Part shown: positions 48,303 through 57,583 of the stretch, piece by piece
Layout: the number at the start of each line of letters is the position of its first letter
Position numbering within the stretch: position 1 is the stretch's first letter
From: Gammaproteobacteria bacterium
Lineage (GTDB): Bacteria > Pseudomonadota > Gammaproteobacteria > SZUA-140
Direction of reading: 5' to 3'
DNA length: 64,000 bases
Assembly: GCA_016218365.1 (NCBI GenBank)
Contig: JACREF010000005.1
Coordinates: 130-64,129, forward strand
Notes under the pieces: model-generated
What the model was told of the DNA's origin: nothing
Seen by the model: the letters and a program-made list of their open reading frames with translations, nothing else
Database searches by the model: none
Made by a program: the position numbers and the translations under genes

Positions 48303-48355
48303 GCCGCTAACAGTATTTAGACGGCCGCCGCCTAGCATCAACCGATTTGTTGTTG
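48303..48355 (-). other. attI-like (or degenerate attC) site at the head of the cassette array
   Basis: Minus strand GGCCGTCTAA-ATACT-GTTAGCGGC, 18 nt before the SLATT ATG; same CTAA-N5-GTTAGCGGC layout as 47437-47458. Confidence 0.55.
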
Positions 48356-48487
48356 ATCACTTATATGTCCAGCGTATAGAAGAGCGCAGTATGGCGCAAG
48401 ATCCCGGAGGAACATGGCATCTTCGCAGCGGGACATTGAGCGGCGTCACGACATGATAGGCCGCCAGCATGGCATAAACCTGCCAAC

Positions 48488-48537
48488 TGGACTCCCGCTG
48501 CAGCCTGCCCTCGACCTCGATCGGGGGCGGGAATGAC
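48488..48537. repeat. Right half of a family B REP doublet with inner insert
   Basis: TGGACTCCCGCTGCAGCCTGCCCTCGACCTCGATCGGGGGCGGGAATGAC, nearly identical to 39780-39829. Confidence 0.8.
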
Positions 48538-48577
48538 TCCTGGAGAGCGAGGCAATAACGGCAACGGGCTAATCCCT

Positions 48578-49338
48578 TTATCGGTCACGGCGCAGCCGGC
48601 CCAGCCCTTCCAGCAGCCGGTCGATACGGCCCCACAGCTGTTCACGCAACCGCGCAGCCAGCCCGCGCTGATGCCAGTCTGGATAGCGGATCTCGATGCA
48701 GTCACGCAGATCACCGTCGATGACCGCACAAACTTGGTCGGCGAACGGCTGATCATCGATCTCCTGATTGGCCTCCAGATTCCAGTGCAAGTTCCAGCGG
48801 TCGAAGTTGCTGGAGCCGATCGACACCCAGTCATCGCAGATCACCGCCTTGGCATGCATGAAGCGCGGCTGATATTCAAACACCCGCACGCCGGCACGCA
48901 GCAGCGGGCTGTAGAAGCGCCGCCCGGCATGGGCGATTGCTGGGTGGTCGCTGACCGGGCCGGGCAGCAGCAACCGGACATCGACACCGCGCTGCGCCGC
49001 CTGCCGCAATGCGCGCAGCGTGCGCCGGGATGGCACGAAATAGGCGGTCATCAGCCAGATGCGGCGCTCCGCGCCTTGCAGCCGGTAGTACAATGAACGG
49101 CGGATGTCCTGCACCCGCAACGCGACCGTTGACGCCATCGGTGACGGTTGCATCTGTGATATTGATACTTGAGTCAATCGGCGTGATCGGGCTGCGGTGC
49201 TGCTCGCGCCACACCTGCATGAACAGCGCCTGCCAGTCGACCAGCACTGCGCCTTCGATGCTGAGCATGTGCTCGCGCCAGCTGCGTTGCGGCCGGCGCG
49301 GGTGGTCAAAGTCATCGCTGAGGCCGGCGCCGCCGACA
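48578..49338 (-). pseudogene. Cardiolipin synthase (ClsB-like phospholipase D) remnant: 5'-truncated and frameshifted
   Basis: One frame gives VGGAGLSDDF...WREHMLSIEGAVLVDWQALF. A different frame continues QDIRRSLY...TAYFVP...RGVDVRLLLPG...MHAKAVICD..VSIGSSNFD. The first HKD half is missing, cut at the repeat. Confidence 0.82.
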
Positions 49339-49416
49339 AGATATCAAAAGGGGCGGATTCTATTGACATGAGAGATACTCACCAGCCCTGGGTACGATTT
49401 CAATCGAATCTGACCC
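49338..49416. repeat. Right copy of the ~80 bp direct repeat
   Basis: Starts exactly 5100 bp after the copy at 44238; separates the cls and ugd fragments. Confidence 0.92.
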
Positions 49417-49571
49417 ACTGCTGCCTCGGCATCGACGATAGGCGATTCCTTGCGACCAAGCATCGCGACCTTTTCAGGTATGATATCAAGGGCGACTACT
49501 TCATTGTGCTACGCAAGCAGCATGGCATTGGATAAACCGACATAGCCGGTGCCAGCGATGGCAATTTTCAT
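49417..49571 (-). pseudogene. ugd: UDP-glucose 6-dehydrogenase 5' fragment with an internal stop
   Basis: Manual translation MKIAIAGTGYVGLSNAMLLA*HNEVVALDIIPEKVAMLGRKESPIVDAE, ending at the repeat. Confidence 0.88.
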
Positions 49572-49629
49572 ATCCTGCCTTTTTTGTGACTGAGCATCTG
49601 CCCTACCTGTGTATCACAATCGTGCCGGG

Positions 49630-50643
49630 TTACCTTGCTTGGGTTTTTGCCCGGTACTCTGTGTAAACTTTATTTAAACCGGCCTTCAAGGCTACACGAG
49701 CCTGCCAGCCCAGCCCCGATAAACGGGTGACATCCAGCAGTTTGCGTGGCGTGCCGTCCGGCTTGCTGGTATCAAACACCAGCTTGCCTGAGAAACCAAC
49801 GACCTCCTTGATCTGCTCGGCCAGCTCGCGGATCGTCAGGTCCTCGCCGCAGCCGACATTGACCAGTGGCAGCGTTGCAGGATTAACTTGTGAACTGAAC
49901 TGATCATCCGGCAGGTTCATCAGATAGACGCAGGCATCGGCCATGTCGTCGCTGTACAGGAACTCGCGGCGCGGTGTGCCGCTGCCCCACACCACAACCT
50001 CGTTGTCACCGCGCTGTTTGGCCTCATGCATCTTGCGGATCAGTGCCGGCAATACATGGGAGGTATTCAAATCAAAATTGTCGCCGGGCCCGTACAGGTT
50101 GGTCGGCATCACCGCCAGGTATTGGGTGCCATACTGGCGGTTATACGACCAGCACATCTCGATGCCGGCGATCTTGGCGATCGCATACGGCCGGTTGGTA
50201 GTCTCCAGCGGTCCGGTCAGCAGATACTCTTCCCTGATCGGTTGCGGGCAGTCACGCGGGTAGATGCACGAGGAGCCGAGAAACAGCAGCCGCTTGACGC
50301 CAACCCGCCATGCCTCATGGATGACATTGGTCTGGATTACCAAGTTCTGGTGGATGAACTCGGCCGGATAGGTGTTATTGGCGAGGATGCCGCCGACCTT
50401 GGCGGCGGCCAGGAACACGTAGTCCGGCCGCTGCGTTTCAAAAAATGCCCGCACCGCCTGCTGGTCGGTCAAGTCGAGTTCGGCGTGGCTGCGGGTGATG
50501 ATGTGGGTGTAGGGTGCCGTCCCCTCTCCCCGGCCCTCCCCCCGCAGGGGGGAGGGGGACGTAGCGGATGCCAGACGACGCAGCAAGGCCGAACCGACCA
50601 GGCCGCGGTGACCGGCGACATAGATGCGTGCATCCGGATTCAT
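49630..50643 (-). CDS. fcl: GDP-L-fucose synthase (with an in-frame palindromic insertion)
   Basis: [50 protein letters not shown]. Confidence 0.95.
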   Translation of the reverse strand: MNPDARIYVAGHRGLVGSALLRRLASATSPSPLRGEGRGEGTAPYTHIITRSHAELDLTDQQAVRAFFETQRPDYVFLAAAKVGGILANNTYPAEFIHQNLVIQTNVIHEAWRVGVKRLLFLGSSCIYPRDCPQPIREEYLLTGPLETTNRPYAIAKIAGIEMCWSYNRQYGTQYLAVMPTNLYGPGDNFDLNTSHVLPALIRKMHEAKQRGDNEVVVWGSGTPRREFLYSDDMADACVYLMNLPDDQFSSQVNPATLPLVNVGCGEDLTIRELAEQIKEVVGFSGKLVFDTSKPDGTPRKLLDVTRLSGLGWQARVALKAGLNKVYTEYRAKTQAR

Positions 50644-50659
50644 CAGATGAGCCTACCCT

Positions 50660-51745
50660 TCACTCATGGTAATCAAACGCCTTGTAGCCGTGCTGTTTTA
50701 TCAAATCATCGCGCTCGGCGGCCTTCAGGTCGGCGCGCACCATCTCGGCGACCAGCTCCTTGAAGGTGATCTTCGGTGTCCAGCCCAGCTTGTCACGCGC
50801 CTTGCTCGGATCACCGAGCAGCGTCTCGACCTCGGTGGGGCGGAAATAGCGCGGATCGACCTCGACGATGCAGGCGCCGGTCTCGGCATCATAACCCTTC
50901 TCATCGACGCCGCTGCCCTGCCAGCGCATCTGGATGCCCAGTTCATGGGCGGCGGCATTGACAAAATCACGCACCGAATACTGCACGCCGGTGGCGATGA
51001 CAAAATCCTCGGGCTGGTCCTGCTGCAGCATCAGCCACTGCATCTCGACATAGTCACGGGCATGGCCCCAGTCGCGCAAGGAATCGAGGTTGCCGAGAAA
51101 CAACTTGTCCTGCAGTCCGAGCTTGATGCGCGCCATCGCCCGGGTGATCTTGCGGGTGACGAAGGTCTCGCCGCGCACCGGGCTCTCGTGGTTGAACAGG
51201 ATGCCGTTGCAAGCATAGATGCCGTAGGCCTCGCGGTAATTGACGGTGATCCAGTAGGCATACAGCTTGGCGACCGCATACGGCGAGCGCGGATAGAATG
51301 GCGTGGTCTCCTTCTGCGGGATCTCCTGCACCAGACCATACAGCTCCGAGGTCGAGGCCTGATAGAAGCGGGTCTTGTCCTCCAGGCCGAGGATGCGGAT
51401 CGCCTCGAGGATACGCAGCGCGCCGATGCCGTCGGCATTGGCGGTGTATTCCGGCTCCTCGAACGACACCGCAACATGGCTCTGCGCCGCCAGGTTGTAG
51501 ATCTCGTCGGGCTGCACCTGCTGGATGATGCGGATCAGATTGGTCGAATCGGTCAGGTCACCGTGATGCAGGATGAAGCGCCGGCCCTTGACGTGCGGAT
51601 CCTGGTATAGATGATCGATACGGTCGGTGTTGAACAGCGAGGCCCGGCGCTTGATGCCGTGGACCTCATACCCTTTTTCCAGCAGGAATTCGGCCAGATA
51701 GGCGCCGTCCTGGCCGGTGACACCGGTGATCAATGCCCGCTTCAT
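50660..51745 (-). CDS. gmd: GDP-mannose 4,6-dehydratase
   Basis: [42 protein letters not shown]. Confidence 0.97.
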   Translation of the reverse strand: MKRALITGVTGQDGAYLAEFLLEKGYEVHGIKRRASLFNTDRIDHLYQDPHVKGRRFILHHGDLTDSTNLIRIIQQVQPDEIYNLAAQSHVAVSFEEPEYTANADGIGALRILEAIRILGLEDKTRFYQASTSELYGLVQEIPQKETTPFYPRSPYAVAKLYAYWITVNYREAYGIYACNGILFNHESPVRGETFVTRKITRAMARIKLGLQDKLFLGNLDSLRDWGHARDYVEMQWLMLQQDQPEDFVIATGVQYSVRDFVNAAAHELGIQMRWQGSGVDEKGYDAETGACIVEVDPRYFRPTEVETLLGDPSKARDKLGWTPKITFKELVAEMVRADLKAAERDDLIKQHGYKAFDYHE

Positions 51746-51782
51746 GATGCCTGCTTCCAATTTGTTGTTACGGATAATGTAT

Positions 51783-51871
51783 GGGAAACTCTGATTAATT
51801 CAAAATTACCACAGCTGTCATTCCCGCGAAAGCGGGAATCCAGGTATTACAGGACGTTGTGGATGCCCGCT
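51783..51871. mobile_element. Right-truncated family B MITE between duplicated gmd start regions
   Basis: GGGAAACTCTGATTAATTCAAAATTACCACAGCTGTCATTCCCGCGAAAGCGGGAATCCAG...GGATGCCCGCT, running straight into a copy of 51733-51765. Confidence 0.8.
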
Positions 51872-51931
51872 TCATGATGCCTGCTTCCAATTTGTGATTA
51901 CGAAGAATATATGCATTATAGCGCCAGTCTG

Positions 51932-52534
51932 TTACAGAATACCGCGTTGACGCAAACACTCCATGACCTGTTCAACGCACTGCTCTAACGTTGTCGAGGT
52001 ATCAACAACCAGCTCCGGATTCAACGGCTCTTCATACGGTGACGAGATGCCGGTGAACACCGGGATCTGTCCGGCACGGGCTTTTTTGTACAGCCCCTTG
52101 ACGTCGCGCTGCTCACAAAGCTCAAGGGTACATTTGCAATACACCTCGATGAAATCGCCGTGCAGCACCAGGCTGCGGACCCGCTCGCGGTCGGCACGAA
52201 ACGGCGAGATAAAGGCCGTCAGCGAGATGATCCCGGCCTCGAGAAACAGCTTGGCGACCTCGCCGATGCGGCGGATATTCTCCTGCCGGTCGGCATCGGA
52301 AAATCCGAGATCACCACACAACCCATGACGGACATTGTCGCCATCAAGCACGAAGGTCCGGCAATTGGTCGCGTGCAGCCGTTCCTCGACGGCATGGGCC
52401 AATGTCGATTTACCGGCACCGGACAGGCCGGTGAACCACAGGATGACACTCTTGTGGCCGTTCTGCTGCTCGCGCAAACGGCGGTCGATGACGGCCTGAT
52501 GCCAGACGACGTTGCTGCTCTTTTTATCCGTCAT
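51932..52534 (-). CDS. cysC: Adenylyl-sulfate kinase
   Basis: [40 protein letters not shown]. Confidence 0.95.
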   Translation of the reverse strand: MTDKKSSNVVWHQAVIDRRLREQQNGHKSVILWFTGLSGAGKSTLAHAVEERLHATNCRTFVLDGDNVRHGLCGDLGFSDADRQENIRRIGEVAKLFLEAGIISLTAFISPFRADRERVRSLVLHGDFIEVYCKCTLELCEQRDVKGLYKKARAGQIPVFTGISSPYEEPLNPELVVDTSTTLEQCVEQVMECLRQRGIL

Positions 52535-52545
52535 AGTCCCTCGGG

Positions 52546-52630
52546 AAAATTGGGGTCAGAGACCAATTTTTGCTAATCCACGACACCCGATCATTATATC
52601 GATAAAAAATTGGTCTCTGACCCCAATTTT
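52546..52630. repeat. Uninterrupted GGGGTCAGAG-family element with perfect 26 bp inverted repeats
   Basis: AAAATTGGGGTCAGAGACCAATTTTT (52546-52571) / AAAAATTGGTCTCTGACCCCAATTTT (52605-52630). Confidence 0.88.
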
Positions 52631-52657
52631 GCCAATTTTAAATTAATCTGAGTTTTC

Positions 52658-54121
52658 CTAATCTTTCCTGCCGTACATGTCATCGAAACGGACGATGTCA
52701 TCCTCGCCGAGGTAGCTGCCCGATTGCACCTCGATGATCTCCAGCGCCACGGTGCCGGGGTTCTCTAATCGGTGGGTCTCGCCGACCGGGATGTAGGTCG
52801 ACTGGTTCTCGGTCAGCAGGAACACCTCGCTACCGCGCGTGACGCGGGCCGTGCCGCGCACCACCACCCAGTGTTCGGCGCGGTGATGATGCATCTGCAA
52901 TGACAACCGGCTGCCGGGATGGACGGTGATGCGCTTGACCTGGAAGCCCGGACCGCTGTCGACGCCTTCGTAATAACCCCAGGGCCGAAACACCCGGCGG
53001 TGGGTCTGGTGCTCGGTACGGGCATCGTTCTTGATGCGCTCGACGATCTTCTTGACGTCCTGGGCGTGATCCTTGTGCACCACCAGCACCGCATCGGCGG
53101 TCTCGATGACGATGGTATCCTGTATCCCGATCGCCGCCAGCAACCGGCTGTCAGCCAGCAACAGACTGTTGCGGCTGTCGTGGGCATAGACATCGCCGCG
53201 CGTGACATTGCCCTGGGCATCGGCCGCGCCGACCTCCCACAAGGCCGGAAAGGAGCCGATGTCCGACCAGCCGGCCGCGAGCGGAATCACACAGCTGCGT
53301 AACCCGGCACCGGAACCCGCGCTGATCTTCTCCATCACGGCATAATCGATCGAGTCACTGTGGCAGGCGCGGAACTGTTCATTATCCAGCCGATAGAAAT
53401 CCCGATCCGGACTGCCATGTTGATAGCTGTGCAGACAGGCCTGATACATCGCTGGTTGCAGCTGCTGCATCGCCTGCAGCCACAGCGAGGCCTGCATCAT
53501 GAACATGCCACTGTTCCACAGATAGTCGCCGGACTGCAGATACTGCGTCGCGGTCGCGGCATCGGGCTTTTCGACAAAACGCTCGAGGGCAAAACCTGTC
53601 GAACCCGGCAGCGCCTGCCCTTTTCTGATATAACCATAACCGGTCTCGGCCCGCCGCGGCACGATGCCAAAGGTCACCAGATAGCCCTGCCCGGCCAGCG
53701 TCAGCGCCTGACACACGGCATCATGAAAGGCCGGCTGCTGCGTGATGACATGATCGGCCGGCATCACCATCATCACACTGTCGTGACCGGCCGCGGTGAT
53801 GTGCAGGGCGGCCAGCGTCAAGGCTGGGGCGGTGTTGCGGCCGACCGGTTCGAGGATGATTGCGGAGACTGCACTGCCCACCTGGCGAGCCTGCTCGGCC
53901 ACCAGGAAACGGTGTTCTTCATTGCACACGATCAGCGCCGGCAACACTGCCAGGCCCTGCGCGCAGCAGCTGTCGATGCCATTGAGCCGGGTCAGCGTGT
54001 CCTGCAGCAGACTGTTGTCGCCGGACAAGGTCAGCAACTGTTTCGGATAATACTCCCGCGACAGCGGCCACAGCCGGGTGCCGGCACCGCCGGACAGGAT
54101 GACAGGTTGGATCGGTTTCAT
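52658..54121 (-). CDS. manC: Mannose-1-phosphate guanylyltransferase / mannose-6-phosphate isomerase
   Basis: VILSGGAGTRLWPLSR..YPKQ, EPVGRNTAPA, C-terminal cupin RPWG...LSLQMHHHRAEHW. Confidence 0.95.
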   Translation of the reverse strand: MKPIQPVILSGGAGTRLWPLSREYYPKQLLTLSGDNSLLQDTLTRLNGIDSCCAQGLAVLPALIVCNEEHRFLVAEQARQVGSAVSAIILEPVGRNTAPALTLAALHITAAGHDSVMMVMPADHVITQQPAFHDAVCQALTLAGQGYLVTFGIVPRRAETGYGYIRKGQALPGSTGFALERFVEKPDAATATQYLQSGDYLWNSGMFMMQASLWLQAMQQLQPAMYQACLHSYQHGSPDRDFYRLDNEQFRACHSDSIDYAVMEKISAGSGAGLRSCVIPLAAGWSDIGSFPALWEVGAADAQGNVTRGDVYAHDSRNSLLLADSRLLAAIGIQDTIVIETADAVLVVHKDHAQDVKKIVERIKNDARTEHQTHRRVFRPWGYYEGVDSGPGFQVKRITVHPGSRLSLQMHHHRAEHWVVVRGTARVTRGSEVFLLTENQSTYIPVGETHRLENPGTVALEIIEVQSGSYLGEDDIVRFDDMYGRKD

Positions 54122-54180
54122 AGTTCAGCTTCAGGCGTCAGTAAAAAATAAATTGGGGTCAGTAAATTGGGGTCAGAGTA

Positions 54181-54302
54181 GAATGGCACTTACTTAAGGA
54201 GGTAGCCGGCGGGTAGCCTGGGTTGAGCGACAGCGAAACCCGGGTTTCACTCCGTTCAACCCAGGCTACCTCCTATCAAAAACGCTTAAGTAAGTGCCAT
54301 TC
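54181..54302. mobile_element. 122 bp family C MITE with perfect 18 bp TIRs and a perfect 11 bp target duplication
   Basis: GAATGGCACTTACTTAAG / CTTAAGTAAGTGCCATTC; GGGTCAGAGTA at 54170-54180 and 54303-54313; sits inside a host repeat spanning ~54164-54380. Confidence 0.92.
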
Positions 54303-54422
54303 GGGTCAGAGTAAAAACTCTCATCTCAAATATTCCTGACACAAATATGCCGCTAGAGTTTTTACTCTGACCCCAATTTTCCCCAATTTTCCAATTTTTT
54401 CATTTCTCCAACCTTACAAACA

Positions 54423-54456
54423 ACAGGCCCCTGGCCGCGATCGGCCAGGGGCCTGT
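54423..54456 (-). terminator. Hairpin downstream of comEA, probable terminator
   Basis: 15 bp perfect stem ACAGGCCCCTGGCCG / CGGCCAGGGGCCTGT, followed on the minus strand by TGTTTGT. Confidence 0.7.
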
Positions 54457-54479
54457 GGCTACATCTCTCTATCAGCGTG

Positions 54480-54809
54480 TCACTGACGTGGCGAGACCGG
54501 CACCTTGTCGTCGCTTGCCGCTGCCGTGTCAGCACGGTCCTTCTTCACCGTCAGCCGGGTCCGGTTCTGCTCCAGCATCACCTCACCAATGCCCTTGACG
54601 TTTTTCAGCTCGGCCACATCCTTGAACGGCCCGTTGGCCTTGCGGTAGGCGATGATCGCCTCGGCGCGTTTCTCACCCACACCGGCCAGTGTCGCCAAGG
54701 TGGCGGCATCGGCGGTATTGATGTCGATGACACGCTGATCAGCGGCGGCCCATAACGGGGTCACCGTCATGCACCACACCAGACTGCATACATACACTAA
54801 TTTATTCAT
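54480..54809 (-). CDS. comEA: ComEA-family helix-hairpin-helix DNA-binding protein
   Basis: Signal peptide, IDINTADA, GVGEKRAEAIIAYRKANGPF, VKGIG. Confidence 0.9.
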   Translation of the reverse strand: MNKLVYVCSLVWCMTVTPLWAAADQRVIDINTADAATLATLAGVGEKRAEAIIAYRKANGPFKDVAELKNVKGIGEVMLEQNRTRLTVKKDRADTAAASDDKVPVSPRQ

Positions 54810-54875
54810 CGGCAGCTCCTTCTGCTAGGTTTATCCATGTTTCCCACCGGCCTGTACCAGACCGGCCAGGGCATT

Positions 54876-55610
54876 CTAGCCTATCACAGCACCGCTTGCC
54901 GCCCCAAGTGCCTGCATGACCTCGCGCTGGATACCCTCCAGTGCCGTCAGCGGCGCGGCCGCGCCGGTGATCGGCCGGCCGATGACCAGATAATCCGCAC
55001 CCGCGATGATCGCCTGCTGCGGCGTCACGATCCGCCGCTGGTCATCAGCCGCAGCGCCGGCCGGCCGGATACCCGGCGTCACCAGCAGAAAATCGCGGCG
55101 GCGTTCCGCACGCAGCTGCACCGCCTCCTGGGCCGAACAGACCACCCCGTCCAGGGCGCAGTCCTCGGTCAGTGCCGCCAGATGGCGCGCGGTATCAACC
55201 ACGGATCCCGCATAACCGGCCTCGGCCAGCTCGCCGTCGGTGTAACTGGTCAACACTGTCACCGCGATCAGCCACGGCCGCTGCCGGGCCGCTTCAACGG
55301 CCTCGCGGGCTGCCACCATCATCCGCCGCCCGCCGCTGGCGTGGACATTGACCATCCACACGCCGAGATCGGCCGCTGCCCGGCAGGCCCGCGCCACGGT
55401 GTTCGGGATATCATGAAACTTCAGATCAAGAAAGATCTCAAAGCCATTGTTCTGCAAGCGCTCCACCAGCGCCGGACCACTGCGGGTAAACAGCTCCTTG
55501 CCGATCTTCAGCCGGCAGAGCGCGGGGTCAAGCTGGCTGGCCAGCTCGATGGCGGACCCGGCTTCAGCAAAATCCAGCGCCACAATGATGCGCTTGTGCT
55601 CAGTGGTCAT
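54876..55610 (-). CDS. pyrF: Orotidine-5'-phosphate decarboxylase
   Basis: [34 protein letters not shown]. Confidence 0.96.
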   Translation of the reverse strand: MTTEHKRIIVALDFAEAGSAIELASQLDPALCRLKIGKELFTRSGPALVERLQNNGFEIFLDLKFHDIPNTVARACRAAADLGVWMVNVHASGGRRMMVAAREAVEAARQRPWLIAVTVLTSYTDGELAEAGYAGSVVDTARHLAALTEDCALDGVVCSAQEAVQLRAERRRDFLLVTPGIRPAGAAADDQRRIVTPQQAIIAGADYLVIGRPITGAAAPLTALEGIQREVMQALGAASGAVIG

Positions 55611-56782
55611 GACCTCATCTCCTGGCGACGGCTTTCCGGATTCAGACGGACAGTGTTCCAGCGTCGGCACCCCGGACACTGCCAGCGCATCATATTACTG
55701 CTCAAACCGCATTCTGAACAAACATATAGAAATGTTTTTTCGACCACTGCCGAAAGTTGCAGACGGACGAACTGCTGCTCATCACTGAGCATCGACTGTC
55801 CGGCCGACCACTGCAGATAACGTAACATGCCGTAGGGTGACGGATGCTGCAACAGGTACTGCCGCAGCTCGGTGAGCCCATGTGTCAGACCGTCGACACC
55901 AATACGGTATTCGATATAGTCGAGCACCGGTTTCACCGCCGGCTGGGCCATCAGCAGCCTGATCATCGGGTCATCGGCCTCGACCCGCCGCCCGCGCTGT
56001 TGATGAAAGGCCAGCCACGGGGCGATGATCTCGGACAGCTGCTGCGGCGACTGCAGTGCGGCACGGCGATAGCCACGCACTGCCGCCCGCTCCCGCCCTG
56101 ACAGCTCGGCCAGCTGCACACCGAGCAAGCGGGCGCGCAGACAATGCCGATCATGACGCAGCGCGCGCCGCAACAACCGCCGGGCCCATATCAGGTCCCC
56201 GGCCGGCAGCTGCAGCACAGCCTGCTCACAATAATAATGCGCGATGACCTGTCCCTGGCCCTCACCATTGACCCCTTCGATCTTCTTCAAGACCGCAATC
56301 GCGGCCTCCCATTCCTTTTCCTGCTCATAGATCGAGTGCAAAAAACGCAAGGCCTGGACATTGCGCGGGTCCCGCTCCAGCAATTCGTTGAACAGACCTT
56401 CGGCGCGATCCAGCAGACCGGATTGCATATAGTCCTGGGCCAGTTCCTGCAGCGCCAGGTTACGCTGTTCACCCGTCAGTGATGGCCGCGCCAACAGGTT
56501 CTGATGGATGCGGATCGACCGGTCGACCTCACCGCGGCGGCGAAACAGGCTGCCCAGTGCAAAATGAGGCTCAATAACCGTGGTGTCAGCGTCTAGGGCG
56601 CGGACAAAGACATCGATGGCCTTGTCAGGTTGTTCATTGAGGAAATAGTTGATACCACGGATATAGTCGCGGGCCAGATCATAGCGTTGCAGGGCGCTGT
56701 CGCGCGGGATGACGCGCCGCGCCAGCCACCAGCTGCTCGCCGCGGCGAGCGGCAATAACAGCAGCCACCAGACGCTGATCAT
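55607..56782 (-). CDS. lapB: Lipopolysaccharide assembly protein LapB
   Basis: N-terminal TM, TPRs ([21 protein letters not shown]), C-terminal CSECG...WQCPGC. Confidence 0.92.
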   Translation of the reverse strand: MISVWWLLLLPLAAASSWWLARRVIPRDSALQRYDLARDYIRGINYFLNEQPDKAIDVFVRALDADTTVIEPHFALGSLFRRRGEVDRSIRIHQNLLARPSLTGEQRNLALQELAQDYMQSGLLDRAEGLFNELLERDPRNVQALRFLHSIYEQEKEWEAAIAVLKKIEGVNGEGQGQVIAHYYCEQAVLQLPAGDLIWARRLLRRALRHDRHCLRARLLGVQLAELSGRERAAVRGYRRAALQSPQQLSEIIAPWLAFHQQRGRRVEADDPMIRLLMAQPAVKPVLDYIEYRIGVDGLTHGLTELRQYLLQHPSPYGMLRYLQWSAGQSMLSDEQQFVRLQLSAVVEKTFLYVCSECGLSSNMMRWQCPGCRRWNTVRLNPESRRQEMRS

Positions 56783-57078
56783 TGGCGTTCCGTCCCGGGC
56801 CGGTCAGCTGCTGTGTTGTTAGCACCTGCATCCGGCACGTCGCGCAACTGCCGCCGCAGGCCGCGCAGTTGCAACTGCAGCCGGATCACCCGCAGCAGGC
56901 CCAACAGTACGCCGATCATCATGCCCGCCACCAGCGTCAGCAACAACAGCCATGACAAGGGCAGCTGCCACTGTCCCCAGTAATAATCGAGCGTCACCGT
57001 GCCGGCATTCAGCAGCCCGAACAGCAGCGCCACCATGACGATGAACAGCACCAACAGCACCGCAATCATTCGCATCAT
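56779..57078 (-). CDS. lapA: Lipopolysaccharide assembly protein LapA
   Basis: Two TM helices with LNAGTVTLDYYWG; conserved position between ihfB and lapB. Confidence 0.82.
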   Translation of the reverse strand: MMRMIAVLLVLFIVMVALLFGLLNAGTVTLDYYWGQWQLPLSWLLLLTLVAGMMIGVLLGLLRVIRLQLQLRGLRRQLRDVPDAGANNTAADRPGTERQ

Positions 57079-57122
57079 GGATGAATCCGCGCAAGGTAGT
57101 GGTGGTATGGACTGATAACAAA

Positions 57123-57154
57123 ACAGCCCTTTTCGTAGCAACGAAAAGGGCTGT
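57123..57154 (-). terminator. Intrinsic terminator after rpsA-ihfB
   Basis: ACAGCCCTTTTCGT-N4-ACGAAAAGGGCTGT followed by TTTGTT on the minus strand. Confidence 0.8.
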
Positions 57155-57188
57155 AATTGTTACACACAACCAGACAGGGTGCGCAGGA

Positions 57189-57518
57189 TCAGTCGGTCAG
57201 ATCTGAATCCCGATCATCGATCTGCTGGATCGGGGCGGTACTGCTGTTGACCCGCTCCCGCAGCTCCTTGCCCGGCTTGAAATGGGGTACATACTTTCCG
57301 GTCAGCGGCACCGACTCGCCGGTCTTCGGGTTGCGTCCGACCCGCGGCGGCCGGTAGTGCAGCGAAAAGCTGCCGAAACCGCGGATCTCGATCCGCTCGC
57401 CGCTGGCCAGCGATTGCGCCATCTGCTCAATCATCGTCTTGATAGCAAACTCCACATCCTTGTACGACAGATGCTGCTGCTTCTGGGAAATGATCTCTAT
57501 CAATTCAGACTTGGTCAT
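57189..57518 (-). CDS. ihfB: Integration host factor subunit beta
   Basis: [44 protein letters not shown]. Confidence 0.96.
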   Translation of the reverse strand: MTKSELIEIISQKQQHLSYKDVEFAIKTMIEQMAQSLASGERIEIRGFGSFSLHYRPPRVGRNPKTGESVPLTGKYVPHFKPGKELRERVNSSTAPIQQIDDRDSDLTD

Positions 57519-57583
57519 CCATCTAGCCTCAAATGAACGAATGATCGCACCGCCTGCCCCCACCCTGCCGGAACAGAAACCCC

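Noticed and set aside
48340..48580. Integron integrase upstream of the cassette array
   Set aside because: No ORF with tyrosine-recombinase motifs on either strand; only a REP half and the end of the cls remnant.
48578..49369. 263 aa ORF as an intact phospholipase D
   Set aside because: Its N-terminus derives from the repeat and an off-frame stretch; only one HKD motif is present, so it is treated as a pseudogene.
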